DNA of 64,000 bases from Eledone cirrhosa (lineage: Eukaryota): NCBI GenBank assembly GCA_964016885.1, contig OZ024762.1, positions 16,988,001 to 17,052,000 on the forward strand. Direction: 5' to 3'. Position 1 is the stretch's first letter. Every line of letters begins with the position of its first letter. Shown one piece after another: positions 42,043 through 56,449 of this stretch. A program made the position numbers and the translations under genes. The notes under the pieces are model-generated. The model was given only the letters and a program-made list of their open reading frames with translations, was not told the origin of the DNA and did no database searches.

Positions 42043-42883
42043 TGTATTGCCAGTTGCTAGTATATGTATTGCCAGTTGCTAGTATGTGTATTGCCAGTTG
42101 CTAGTATGTGTATTGCCAGTTGCTAGTATATGTATTGCCAGTTGCTAGTATGTGTATTGCCAGTTGCTAGTACATATATTGCAGGTTGCTAGTATGTGTA
42201 TGCCAGTTGCTAGTATATGTATTGCCAGTTGCTAGTATATGTATTGCCAGTTGCTAGTATGTGTATTGCCAGTTGCTAGTATATGTATTGCCAGTTGCTA
42301 GTATATGTCTTACCAGTTGCTAGTATATGTATTGCCAGTTGCTAGTATATGTCTTACCAGTTGCTAGTATATGTATTGCCAGTTGCTAGTATATGTATTG
42401 CCAGTTGCTAGTATATGTCTTACCAGTTGCTAGTATATGTCTTGCCAGTTGCTAGTATATGTATTGCCAGTTGCTAGTATATGTATTGCCAGTTGCTAGT
42501 ATATGTATTGCCAGTTGCTAGTATATGTCTTACCAGTTGCTAGTATATGCATTGCCAGTTGCTAGTATATGTATTGCCAGTTGCTAGTATATGTCTTACC
42601 AGTTGCTAGTATATGTATTGCCAGTTGCTAGTATATGTATTGCCAGTTGCTAGTATATGTATTACCAGTTGCTAGCATGTGTATTGCCAGTTGCTAGTAT
42701 ATGTCTTACCAGTTGCTAGCATGTGTATTGCCACTTGCTAGTATATGTCTTACCAGTTGCTAGCATGTGTATTGCCAGTTGCTAGTATATGTATTGCCAG
42801 TTGCTAGTATATGTATTACCAGTTGCTAGCATGTGTATTGCCAGTTGCTAGTATATGTCTTACCAGTTGCTAGCATGTGTATT
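42043..42883. repeat. 22-bp minisatellite GTATTGCCAGTTGCTAGTATAT, ~38 copies
   Basis: Direct reading; GTCTTACC and GCATGT variants interspersed. Confidence 0.95.
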
Positions 42884-43215
42884 CAGAGACAGATTTCATA
42901 GGTCACTATACTATAAACACTTTATAATTATTGAAAGCTGTAAATGTAATCTGACCTGCTTGGACTCAAACTGCATTTTTTTTTACTATTCTAGAGTGCA
43001 ATGAGCTAAACTAATCACTACAACTAAATTCTCCAAATTTGCACCACCCACAGCACCCTATTTGAGAAATGCTTCCACCACCCCCGATATAATTACAGTA
43101 AAACCCATTCAGAAAAATGTCAAAACCATCAGAACCCATTCAGAAAAATGTTATGTCACAAAAACTTAAGTTATTGAAATTCTAATATATTGCCATGTGA
43201 CTTTATGGACACATA

Positions 43216-43260
<45 letters not shown>

Positions 43261-43265
<5 letters not shown>

Positions 43266-43388
43266 AACCAGTAAGACCCCGACAGCTGAGCTCAAGCCGT
43301 TTCGACGGCTAATTCTGGACTAAATTTAGTCCAGAATTAGCCGTCGAAACGGCTTGAGCTCAGCTGTCGGGGTCTTACTGGTTCCTAT
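43261..43388. repeat. Perfect 128-bp spacerless palindrome heading a dispersed element (to ~43466)
   Basis: 64-bp arms meet at GGACTAAA|TTTAGTCC. Confidence 0.95.
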
Positions 43389-43464
43389 TACCCACTCTAC
43401 TACCTCAAGTATTGAGTACTTTGGTGCGTTATGGTCCACCTGGTTCCTTACCACATTTCCTTCG

Positions 43465-43518
<54 letters not shown>

Positions 43519-43783
43519 AGAAGGGATATTCAATTTGTTGGTAATTCAACAAATATAAATGTTTATAACTGATTCAGAGCACTCAACAAGTTTTCTGGAG
43601 TATAATATACAATGATATTAAATAAATGGAAACTATATTTATATTTAATAAATGGATAGAATAAATATAGTTTCCATTTATTTAATATCATTGTGTATAT
43701 ATATATATATATATGTGGGTGTGTATACACATACACAACTGTGTATACACACCCACATGTATATATATATATATATACACAAC

Positions 43784-43819
<36 letters not shown>

Positions 43820-43913
43820 CACAACCACACACACATATACATATACACAACCACACACATATACATATACACAACCACACACATATACACACACACACAC
43901 ACATATACACAAC

Positions 43914-43955
<42 letters not shown>

Positions 43956-44412
43956 TATATACAAAACCACACACATATATACACACACACACACACACAT
44001 ATACATATATATACACAACCACACACATATACACACACACACAAAAGTCTATAGAAGGAGGTAATTTCAAACGATATAAACGTTACTGACAAGACAGTTT
44101 TCAAAATAGTTCACGCCTGCACGATTCATAATAAATGACTTCTCTATATATAGGCTTTTTTCTTCTTCTCATATATATATATTTTTTACATTCATTTAAT
44201 TTATTAATTTATTGATATTTTATTTGAGTGACCCCAATCTTCCTGGTCGTTCTTTTTCGGCTGCTCGGGTGATTTTAGGCATAATCTCTATGTGTTGGTA
44301 ATTTAACGATGGTTATAGCTCTGATTTATCCAAATTATTGAGCCCTCTGCCACACATGTCGGATATTGTTTATCGTGATTTCGTGGGCTGATATTCCGAT
44401 TCTCGATTATTC

Positions 44413-44447
<35 letters not shown>

Positions 44448-44597
44448 TCCAGAATTAGCCGTCGAAACGGCTTGAGCTCAGCCGTCGGGGTCCTACTCGT
44501 TCCTATATATATATATATATATACGTTATTCCGGGTTGAATCGGAGGTAACCACAGTAAGTAAGGTACTCAATACATAGCAGAGTATAAAGGTTTTA

Positions 44598-44674
<77 letters not shown>

Positions 44675-44679
44675 AACTG

Positions 44680-45240
44680 TCACTGGTAAACTCCCCCGCC
44701 GTTTTCTCTCGCCCATACATACATAACACAGACAGACACACTCTCTAACATGTGCGCGGGGTAGCTGGTAAATCTGGGATAGAGCCGGGCAGCAAACACA
44801 GACAAGAATGACCAAATATACATCATTTATTCAATGATATGCACGGGTGGCAATAGTAGTAGTAGTAGCATTTGTTGTTGTTGCTGCTGTAGTAGTAGTA
44901 GTAGTAGTAGTAATCGGCTTCTACCTTCTTACTATGAAAGATTTGATCGGTTGATTTTTTTGAACGTATATACATCAACATTGGCAGGGGGAGCGGGGTA
45001 GGACAGGATGCTACAGGACGGCGGTGTGTGCTATTGAGAAACAATTTAGGACTCGTGGGGTGGGGAAAAAGTTGGGTGTTGTTGGTGTTGTTGTTGTTGG
45101 TAGTGGTGGTGATGTGGGAAGTTCGGTTAGTTCGTCCCATTATAACGACTGTCTAGGAAATAAACGGTCCGCTCTGAAATAAACCGCTGTTTGCCGCCAT
45201 CAGTAGAGAGTGCCTGGCATTTAGACTTCTTACAGGCACT
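44680..45240. promoter_or_regulatory. CpG-richer single-copy island, candidate promoter/first exon
   Basis: Non-repetitive, retains CpGs, YY1-like GCCGCCAT at 45193-45200; no convincing ORF. Confidence 0.4.
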
Positions 45241-45290
45241 CACAGACAGAAGTAAACATATATAGACATAAATTTATATACACACAGTGA

Positions 45291-45415
<125 letters not shown>

Positions 45416-46116
45416 TATATACAACACATACACACAGACATAGCGTATATATATATATATACACGCACACAGACATAGCGTATATATATATACACACACA
45501 GACATAACGTATATATATATTATATATACACACCCACACACAGACAGTGTATATATGTATATAAATACAGCCATAGAGTGCATATATATATCTATCTATA
45601 TATAAGAACCAGTAAGACCCCGACGGCTGGCCACTCTACTACCCTAAGTATTGAGTACTTGGGGCGTTATGGTCCACCTGGTTCCTTTCCACATTTCCTT
45701 CGTTATATATATATATATATATATATATACAGACAAAACACATGCACAACTTTGCCATTGATACTTACGGGGTCGATAAAATAAAGTACCAGTAATGCAC
45801 TGGGGTAATTGCTGGCCTTGTGCCAAAAGTAGAAACAATTATTACAGAAGAAAGAAAGACACGGGTACAAGAGTTGTTATGCAGGTGTAGTTAACACAGA
45901 CGATAAAGAGTTGTTATGCAGGTGTAGTTAACACAGACGATAGAGGGTAGAAATACCCAGCCGACTGGAACAGGTAAAAGTCTATAGAAGATAAGTACAG
46001 TCTACCTTGAACCATAGATCTTTCTCGGCAATATTTTACAAGGGGTGTTACTGACAAGACGAACCAATAGTTCTTTCATATAAACTGAGGAGATAGTTAT
46101 ATTATATACAGGGTGT

Positions 46117-47420
46117 GAGTTCAAATCCCGCCGAGGTTAGCTTTGACTTTCATACTTACGGGGGTCGATAAAATAAAATACCAGTAATACACTGGGGTAA
46201 TTGCTGGCCTTGTGCCAAAAGTTGTAACAATTATTAGCTATGTTCAAATCCCGCCGAGGTTAGCTTTGCCTTTCATACTTACGGGGTCGATAAAATAAAG
46301 TACCAGTAATACACTGGGGTAATTGCTGGCCTTGTGCCAAAAGTTGTAACAATTATTAGCTATGTTCAAATCCCGCCGAGGTTAGCTTTGCCTTTCATAC
46401 TTACGGGGTCGATAAAATAAAGTACCAGTAATGTACTGGGTAATTGCTGGCCTTGTGCCAAAAGTTGTAACAATTATTAGCTGTGTTCAAATCCCGCCGA
46501 GGTTAGCTTTGCCTTTCATACTTACGGGGGTCGATAAAATAAAGTACCAGTAATACACTGGGGTAATTGCTGGCCTTGTGCCAAAAGTTGTAACAATTAT
46601 TAGCTGTGTTCAAATCCCGCCGAGGTTAACTTTGCCTTTCATACTTACGGGGGTCGATAAACTAAAGTACCAGTAATGCACTGGGGTAATTGCTGGCCTT
46701 GTGCCAAAAGTTGTAACAATTATTAGCTGTGTTCAAATCCCGCCGAGGTTAACTTTGCCTTTCATACTTACGGGGGTCGATAAACTAAAGTACCAGTAAT
46801 GCACTGGGGTAATTGCTGGCCTTGTGCCAAAACTAGTAACAATTATTAGCTGTGTTCAAATCCCGCCGAGGTTAACTTTGACTTTCATACTTACGGGGGT
46901 CGATAAACTAAAGTACCAGTAATGCACTGGGGTAATTGCTGGCCTTGTGCCAAAAGTTGTAACAATTATTAGCTATGTTCAAATCCCGCCGAGGTTAACT
47001 TTGACTTTCATACTTACGGGGGTCGATAAAATAAAGTACCAGTAATGCACTGGGGTAATTGCTGGCCTTGTGCCAAAACTAGTAACAATTATTAGCTGTG
47101 TTCAAATCCCGCCGAGGTTAGCTTTGCCTTTCATACTTACGGGGGTCGATAAACTAAAGTACCAGTAATGCACTGGGGTAATTGCTGGCCTTGTGCCAAA
47201 AGTTGTAACAATTATTAGCTGTGTTCAAATCCCGCCGAGGTTAGCTTTGCCTTTCATACTTACGGGGGTCGATAAACTAAAGTACCAGTAATGTACTGGG
47301 TAATTGCTGGCCTTGTGCCAAAAGTTGTAACAATTATTAGCTGTGTTCAAATCCCGCCGAGGTTAGCTTTGCCTTTCATACTTACGGGGGTTGATAAACT
47401 AAAGTACCAGTAATGTACTG
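46117..47420 (+). repeat. Tandem array of ~11 headless SINE units (121-123 bp)
   Basis: GTTCAAATCCCGCCGAGG at 46119, 46242, 46364, 46485 and onward. Confidence 0.95.
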
Positions 47421-48524
47421 GGTCGATTTAATCGACTTTCCTTCCTTTCCCCTACCTTAAAATTGCTGGCCTTGTGCTTACATCAGAAACCATTATATTA
47501 AGGTGATGGCTTGGCTGTAATTGGGTGAGTGTCGGACACCATGTTTTGTGATATATAGTTACATCCCTTTATGTTCTGAGTTCAAATCCCGCCGAGCTTA
47601 AGCTTTGCCTTTCATCATTACTGGGGTCGATAAACTAAAGTACCAGTAATGTACTGGGGTCGATTTAATCGACTTTTGCCCTCCCCACAAAATTGTTTGC
47701 TCTGTGCCTAAATCAGAAACCATTTCTACTATAGGCACAAGGCCAGCAATTACACCAGTGCATTACTGGTACTTTATTTTATCGACCGCCGTAAGGATGA
47801 AAGGCAAAGCTAACTTTGGCCGGATTTGAACTCAGAACCAGAACGTAAAGGGCCGTAACACTCTGCCACGAAGCATGTTGTCCGACACTTTACCGATTCT
47901 ACTGCCAATACACCACCCTTTGGGTGATAATAATAATAATAATAACTATTATTATTATTATTATTATTATATCTACTTTTGGCACAAGGCCAGCAATTTG
48001 AAAGGAGGTGTGTGTGTGTGTGGGGGGGGGGGGGGTAGAATCGATTATATCGACTCCAGTATTTGATTGGTACTTTATTTTTATCGATCTCGGATGGATG
48101 AAAGGTAAAGTTGACCTGGGCGGAATTTGAACTCAGAACGCAAAGGGTCGTAACTAAACTAAATCCAATACAAAGAAAGTTTGTCTGATGCTCTACCCAT
48201 TGTGAAAGATACTTCGAAGTCACTGCCAGTTTTTTCTTCGGAAAATACAAATCTCTAGGCTATATACTCGGTGTATGTATGTGGAGTTACCAGATTTACT
48301 ACTGCGTTTAGGTGTCCTTAAGCACAGTTGGCCGGGGGGAGCATCACCCTGCCAAAAAAATGTTTTACGATGAGTTTTTCAAAAGAAGGGGCCTCATAAC
48401 TTAACTAACACAGGACCTCATTTGTCCTAAATCCAGTACTGACCACCACATAATACAATACATCTTCTATATTACTCTACTCCATACTTTAATAAATATT
48501 ACCATCTCTATATTACATTCCACT

Positions 48525-48687
48525 CAGTACCGGGTTTACTATCGTGCTTAGGGTGTCCTTAAGCATACGGCCCTGTTCGCCTAGAGGACCACATCTTCCC
48601 GTCCCCCCAACATTTTTATGACGAGCTTTTCAAAGTAAGAGGCCCCATAACTTAACTAACACCTCATTTGTCCTAAATCCGGCACTG
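48525..48687. mobile_element. hAT-type MITE (older copy at ~48285-48441)
   Basis: CAGTACCGGGTTTA / TAAATCCGGCACTG termini. Confidence 0.7.
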
Positions 48688-48737
48688 TGTGGAGTGCTCA
48701 GATAATGCTTGATAGGGTCTATGTATGTCTCTATACG

Positions 48738-49120
48738 TGGAGGTGCGTGGCCTAGTGGTAAGGCTGTTGACCTTAGGATTATAATATCGTGGGTTCAATC
48801 CCTGGGCTGGATTTCGTGTTGTGTTCTGTGGAGGTGAGGCCTGGTGGTAGGGGTGTTGGACTTACAATCACAATATCATGGGTTCGATTCCTGGGCTGGG
48901 TTGCGTGTTGTGTTCTTGAGCAAAACACTTCATTTCACGTTGCTCCAGTATACTCAGCTGAAAATGAGTACCAGCAATATCTGGGGGTTTAACCTTGCGA
49001 TGGACTGGCGTCCTGTCCAGTGGGCAGTCTTGCACTCTCAGTCGCTTCACGCCATGAATCTGGGATAAGCCCCGGCCAAATGAGCCCTAAATGGCTGAAG
49101 ACAGACTTTAGACTTCAGAT
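48738..49120 (+). mobile_element. SINE with duplicated tRNA head, CORE-like body and GATGGACTGGCGTCCTGTCCAG motif
   Basis: Two A/B-box heads, then CTTGAGCAAAACACTT; short tandem tail AGACTTT; a partial minus-strand copy at 6780-6895. Confidence 0.75.
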
Positions 49121-49481
49121 GTATATACATATAACACCTTAGTGGTTAGAGTACTGGGGTCACGGTTGTGAGTTCGATTCCCGGACCAGGCGGCGAGGTG
49201 TGTCCTTAAGCAAGACACTTTATTTCACATGGGTCTTCCATTCCACTCAGCTGGGAAACACATTAGCAGTCGTACGTGTTACATATTTCAGGGGGGGGGG
49301 GGGGGGGGCGGAGTCACAGCCTCGTTACACACTGTGCCACACTGAATCTCCCTGAGAACTACGTTAAGGGTGGGTACATGTCTCTGCGGAATGCTCAGCC
49401 ACTTGCAAGTTAATTTCACGAACAGAGTGTTCTTTCATTAATTGGGGCACCCACAGTCAAAAACATCGGAGATCCCACAAT

Positions 49482-49555
<74 letters not shown>

Positions 49556-49667
49556 AAACAAATGTATACACACTTTGATTACCTGTACAAGTAACATCTA
49601 TTAGAATGCTGTTGAATGAAGTGTGTATACATTTTGGGGGGGGACACCCTTTATATATATATATACA

Positions 49668-49711
<44 letters not shown>

Positions 49712-49872
49712 TGTGTCAACTTTTTTCCACTCCAGGGATTTTCAGGTGCCTAACTTGTTCGATTATTTTATAGTTAAAGCTGTGTTGTAGGAGCTTATAT
49801 ACTTTCATATATATATATATAAAGAATGAGACCTCGATATGTAATGGTGTTAGATGGACACATACACACACA

Positions 49873-49909
<37 letters not shown>

Positions 49910-50143
49910 GGGTGCTTACCAAAAATATATGGAAAACAAATTGCGTATATTTTGTCGCCTGTTTGTGGTGTGTTTATGTATATAAGATTGTGGTGTGTAT
50001 ATGTATATGTATATATGTATATATATATATATATATATATAACCAAAGATTAATATGGTTCATTGATTACTCAATGAATACAGTTTTACAATAGATTAAA
50101 AGCATTCAACAGTTAAAATGTTATATATGTATATAAAATTGTG

Positions 50144-50174
<31 letters not shown>

Positions 50175-50222
50175 AGATGGTGATGTATATATATATATAT
50201 GTATATATAAGATTGTGGTGAG

Positions 50223-50265
<43 letters not shown>

Positions 50266-50974
50266 ATATATATATATATAAATCTGCTGTAAAAACAAAA
50301 ATTATCAGACAACAACAAACAAGGCTGTAAAGAAAGAACAAATAAATAAGGGTCTTTTCTAACTTACCCCTTTTTTGATTTCCATGTTCATCATAGTGAG
50401 ATGTTGTTGGTCCTAATATATATATATAGGCAGAGAAGATAGCAGGGAACTGGGGGAACTAAGAGATGGTTGACGGTGACGCTGTTGTAGGTCCTAAATA
50501 TATATATATATGGTCTATATATAGATAGATATATAGAGAGACAGAGAGAAGATAGCAGGGACCTGGGAGAGCTAGTAGATGGTGATAGTGTTGTTGGTCC
50601 TATATATATATATATATATATAGTCTCTTTTTATATATATATATATATATATGTATAGAGAGAGAAAGAAGATAGCAGAGAACTGAGAGAAGAACTAGAA
50701 GGTGGAGATGTTGTTGTTGTTGTTGGTCCTAAATATACAAAGAGAGAGAGAGAGAAAGAAGATAGCAGAGAACTAGGAGATGGTGTTGGTACTATATATA
50801 TATGTATATATGTGTGGATAGATAGAAGGTGTGGGTGGTGTGGTGGATATAGTAATTCTAGACAATTATTAATCAATATGTTGTGTGAAGTGAGAGATAA
50901 ACTTCTCCTAAGGTGAAGAAAAGAAAAAAATATATCGTCTACTTATTGCAACTGGCGAGACAGACGATCGAACG

Positions 50975-51696
50975 GAGAGATAGAGAGAAAGAAGAACAGA
51001 TAGAGGGAGGTATATGGTGAGAGAGAGAGGGGTGAGAGAGAGAGGGTGTGAGAGATAGAGAGAGAGGGTGTGAGAGATAGAGAGAAAAGACAGACAGACG
51101 GAGGTATATAGTGAGAGAGAGGGAGGTAGAGTGTGTGAGATAGAGAGAGAGGGTGTGAGAGAGAGAGAAGACAGACAGACGGAGGTATGTGGTGAGAGGG
51201 GATGAGACAGAGAGAGGGGTGTGAGAGAGAGAGTGTGTGAGACAGAGAGAGAGAGATAGAGATAGAGAGAGGGAGAGTGTATGAGACACAGAGAGAGAGA
51301 GAGGGTGTGAGAGAGATAGACGGAGGTATATGGTGAGAGAGAGGGAGGGAGGGAGAGAGTGTGAGATAGAGAGAGGGGGTTTGAGATAGAGAGAAAGAGA
51401 GAGGACTGACAGCCGGAGGTATATGGTGAGAGGGAGAGAGTGAGACAGAGAGAGAGGGGGTGTAAGAGAGATAAAGAGAGGGAGAGTGTGTGCGTGAGAG
51501 AGATAGAGAGAGAGAGGACAGACGGACGTATATGGTGAGAGAGGCAGGAGAGACAGTGTGTGAGACAGAGAGAGGGAGTGTGAGAGAGACAGCGAAAGTG
51601 TGATAGAATAGAGAGGGAGGGAGACGGTGCTCTGTGTATGTGTGAGAGAGGGGGGGGGCAGGGTTTGTGAGAAATAGAGAGGGAAAGTGTATGTGT

Positions 51697-51743
<47 letters not shown>

Positions 51744-51937
51744 TGAGATAGAGATAGAAAGAGAGCGAATCTGAGAAAGAGAGTGAGAGAGAGAGAGAGA
51801 GAAAGAGAGCGAATCTGAGAAAAAGTGAGAGAGTGAGAAAGAGAGCGAATCTGAGAAAAAGTGAGAGAGAGAGAGAAAGAGAGAGAATGTGAGAAAAAGT
51901 GAGAGAGAGAGAGAGAAAGAGAGCGAATGTGAGAAAA

Positions 51938-51983
<46 letters not shown>

Positions 51984-52040
51984 CGAATGTGAGAAAAAGA
52001 GAGAGAGAAAGAGAGCGAATGTGTATGAGAGAGAGAGAAG
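50975..52040. repeat. Degenerate (GA)n purine tract with sub-repeats
   Basis: Modules GACGGAGGTATATGGTGAG and GAAAGAGAGCGAAT(C/G)TGAG. Confidence 0.9.
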
Positions 52041-52498
52041 ATAAATCTAAATAAACGAAGACAAGAGGAAATTCCACCTGCCCAACAAGTATAACAACAC
52101 CAGCAGGAGGTTATATATATACACACACACTATATATATATATATAGTGTGTGTGTATATATAGTGTGTGTATATATATATATAGTGTGTATATATATAT
52201 ATATAGTGTGTGTATATATATATATAGTGTGTATATATATATGCACGCTTTTTACCTGTACAGGAAATAGTTATGAGAATGCTGAAGTATGTATACATTT
52301 TTTGGGACACCCTGTATATGCATATATATATTTATATGTGTATATATATATATATATATACATGTATATGGATATATATATATACATATATACACATATA
52401 TATATATACACGTGTGTATATATATATATACACAGATATATGTATATGTATATATATATACATATATACACACATATATATATATATACACACACACA

Positions 52499-52548
<50 letters not shown>

Positions 52549-53911
52549 TAAAACTGCTGGCCTTATTATCATTGTTTTAAGTTGCAGAGTATGTATATAT
52601 ATATATATGTATGTGTGTATGTATGTATATGTATACATGTGTGTGTATGTATGTATGTGTATGTATGTGTGTGTATATATGTATGTGTGTATATGTATGT
52701 GTGTGTATATATGTATGTGTGTATGTATATATGTATGTGTGTATGTATATGTGTGTGTGTATGTATGTATATATGTGTGTATGTATGTATATGTGTGTGT
52801 ATGTATGTATATACAAAGGGCGGAAGAACTCATAAGAGTCAACGGCCATCCAAAAGTGTGTAAATATGTATATACACATGTACATATGTATGTATATGTT
52901 TATATACATGGGTGCATGTGTATGTATATGCGCAGGAACGTAGAAATAGTCGGGCTGGACACTCGATCGGGCGGTTAAACCACTGGGAGTGAAGGGCCCC
53001 TAGCCTTTGTCAGGGCGTTCTTCTAGGAGAAGGTAACTCAGGAAACTGGGATAACTCCGATATAAAACCTGCGGCTCAGTAGTTTCCGATGATGTTGATC
53101 TTTTCTTCTTTTCGGGTTATAGCTACTGTCGCTCAGAGAGTGGGATTGGCTCAGTGCACAGTCTTTCCTCACTTTAAAAAATATCTTCACGCACAGGCAT
53201 TGCACGATAGAATTAATTAATAATTATTAATAATGGTATATCTTGCAATGGGCATACTCGATAACGAGGGGGTAGCCATTATGTATGTGTATATATATAT
53301 ATATTGCCCGAAACAAATTAGGTTGTGTAGGTGTCACGACAAAAAAACACACAGTCCACGCTGTAATGTGGCCGTGTAGGTAACACAGTAAAAACCTCCC
53401 AGTTCCACACTGTAAATGTGGTTGGTGTTAGGAAGGGCATCCAGCCGTAGAAAACCCACCAGACAGTTCAATGCGAGCAAGACAACCACTCTTGCCTCAA
53501 GTGGGAAAACTCCCGTCCAAACCCATGCGAGCGTGGAATATGGACGTTAAACGAAGATGATGAGATGATGATGATGATATATATATATATGGTTAGAGCA
53601 TTGGCCTTGCAATCGAAAGGTTGTGAGTTCAATTCTCAGACTGGGTGATGTGTTGTTTCCTTGAGCAAGACACTTTATTTCACATTGCTCCAGTTTACTC
53701 AGCTGTAGAAATGAGATGATAGGGACTGGGGTCCCTATCATTCCACTGCAAAGTGGTCGTGGAGGTGCCACGGCAAAAAAGCACCCAGCACTCACTGTAA
53801 ATGAGGTTGGTGTTAGGAGAGCATCCAGCTGTAGAAATCAAGCCAGAATCAGTTCCTGTCCCACCCTTGCAAGCAGGGAAAAGTGGACGTAAAATGAAAT
53901 GATGATGATGA

Positions 53912-53949
<38 letters not shown>

Positions 53950-54469
53950 GTATGTATACACAGAAGGATGAAAGACAAAGTTGACCCCCAGTAGTTTACC
54001 GCTATTCGTCCGGCAGTTGCCTGTTTATATCGCGACGAACAATGATATCTTGTGGCTGTTTTGCTGTCTGCCACGTGCGACCAATCGTCTAGCAGAACAG
54101 CTCTGCCGACCTTCATATATAAATAAGTGTATATATATATATATATATATCAGTGAAGGTGTGTGGCTGAATGGTTAGAGTATTGGATTCACAATCGTGA
54201 GGTTGTGAGTTCGATTCCTGAGCCAGGCGATGCGTTATGTCCTTGAGCAAGACACTTTATTTCACGTTGCTCCTTCTACCTGGAGTTGCGACCGATAGAT
54301 AGTATTAGCAATTGGAAAGACCAACGGAAACATAGTTTCCTCGGTCAGATTTGATGAAAGTCGATCGACTAGAAATATATATTTATGCTGCGGAAGGTTG
54401 TGGAGGAGTATGGGATTGGTCAGCTTCTTGCAGCCCTGATGTCTCCATACGAATGTCCGAGTATTTGTA

Positions 54470-55588
54470 TAAAAATAATAGGTGCACTACAACTCATCAA
54501 AGGTGCATGTATAGTACATAGAATAATGTACAAATGTCAGGGAAATGAACAGTGTATGAGTCAAGATATACATGTGTTTGTGTGTATGAAGGGTGGAGGG
54601 GGATATCAGGTGCAGTGTTGGTGAATCTCAGGAAGCATGGAGGTTTTAAAGGATGCCGTGTCTCAACAGCTAACAACTGATGCAGCTAGTTTGTTCCATG
54701 GAGGTTTTAAAGGATGCAGTGTCTCGACAGCTAACAACTGATGCAGGTAGTTTGTTCCATGGAGGTTTTAAAGGATGCAGTGTCCCAGCAGCTAACAACT
54801 AATGCAGGTAGTTTATTCCTTGGAGGTTTTAAAGGGTGCAGTGCCTCGACAGCTAACAACTGATGCAGGTAGTTTTAAAGGATGCAGTGTCTCGACAGCT
54901 AACAACTAATGCAGGTAGTTTGTTCCATAGAGGTTTTAAAGGATGCAGTGTCCCAGCAGCTAACAACTAATGCAGGTAGTTTGTTCCATGGAGGTTTTAA
55001 AGGATGCAGTGTCTCGACAGCTAACAACTAATGCAGGTAGTTTGTTCCATGGAGGTTTTAAAGGATGCAGTGTCTCGACAGCTAACAACTGATGCAGGTA
55101 GTTTGTTCCATGGAGGTTTTAAAGGATGCAGTGTCCCAGCAGCTAACAACTAATGCAGGTAGTTTGTTCCATGGAGGTTTTAAAGGATGCAGTGTCTCGA
55201 CAGCTAACAACTAATGCAGGTAGTTTGTTCCATGGAGGTTTTAAAGGATGCAGTGTCTCGACAGCTAACAACTGATGAAGGTAGTTTTAAAGGATGCAGT
55301 GTCTCGACAGCTAACAACTAATGCTGGTAGTTTATTCCTTGGAGGTTTTAAAGGGTGCAGTGCCTCGACAGCTAACAACTGATGCAGGTAGTTTTAAAGG
55401 ATGCAGTGTCTCGACAGCTAACAACTAATGCAGGTAGTTTGTTCCATGGAGGTTTTAAAGGATGCAGTGTCCCAGCAGCTAACAACTAATGCAGGTAGTT
55501 TATTCCTTGGAGGTTTTAAAGGGTGCAGTGCCTCGACAGCTAACAACTAATGCAGGTAGTTTGTTCCATGCTTCAGCAACTCTGAGCG
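54470..55588 (-). mobile_element. CR1-type tail with the 61-bp array (~16 units including shortened variants)
   Basis: Same unit and breakpoints as 40700-41318. Confidence 0.9.
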
Positions 55589-55690
55589 TTTGGATAAATG
55601 GCGCTAAATCGAAACCATTAAATGTGGGAGTCGGACTCTGCCAAGGGTGCATACTGTCACCTCTCCTGTCCATTATTTACATGAACAGGT

Positions 55691-55850
55691 GAATTGGCAG
55701 TATCGGTAGAGGATCGGACCTTGCCATTCTGAGTTCAAATCCCGTTGAGGTCAACTTTGCCTTTCATCCTTACGAGGGTCGATAAAATAAAGTACCAGTA
55801 ATACACTGGAATAATCGCTGGCCTTGTGCCTATTGTATAAACAATTATTT
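55691..55850 (+). mobile_element. Meta-like SINE with target-site duplication
   Basis: ATTATTTACATGAACAGGT at 55672-55690 and 55844-55862. Confidence 0.9.
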
Positions 55851-56274
55851 ACATGAACAGGTTTGTCAATCGCAGCCGGGTTGCAAGTGGTATCATGACT
55901 GAGGGTGTAAAATCAGTTAACTGGAATTTACAGACGACATAGCGTTACTTAACTTGACAGAAGATGATCTCTGACTTGCACTTGATAGGTTTGATGCCGA
56001 GTGCAACATGGCTGCAATGAAAATCAGTGGTGTGAAAACTGAGACACTCGTCCTCTCAAGGAAGACAGCCAAGTGCATGTAGCAGGTAGAGAAATTCAAG
56101 TATCTCGGGGCCGTGTTCACGAGTAATGGAAGACAGGAGGCTGAATTAAGTGCAAGAATTGCAGAAGCTGGTGCAGTAATGTGCCAGCTGCGGCATTCAG
56201 TAATCAGAAAGAGGGGGGGGGGGGTTAGATGTAAAAGCCAAACTTGCTATTTTGTTTTGTTATAACTTTTACAG

Positions 56275-56318
<44 letters not shown>

Positions 56319-56392
56319 TATACATATTATATACATACATACTATACACACATTATACATACATATAGATATACACACACACATATATATAT

Positions 56393-56449
<57 letters not shown>

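Larger units (their letters stand above)
54384..56250 (+). mobile_element. RTE LINE RT remnant split by two insertions
   Basis: LRKVVEEYGIGQLLAAL..., VWINGAKSKPLNVGVGLCQGCILSPLL..., FTDDIALL...QVEKFKYLG; stops and frameshifts. Confidence 0.88.

Noticed and set aside
50908-52126. 389/395-aa Leu/Ser ORFs resembling membrane proteins
   Set aside because: Antisense translation of a (GA)n tract.
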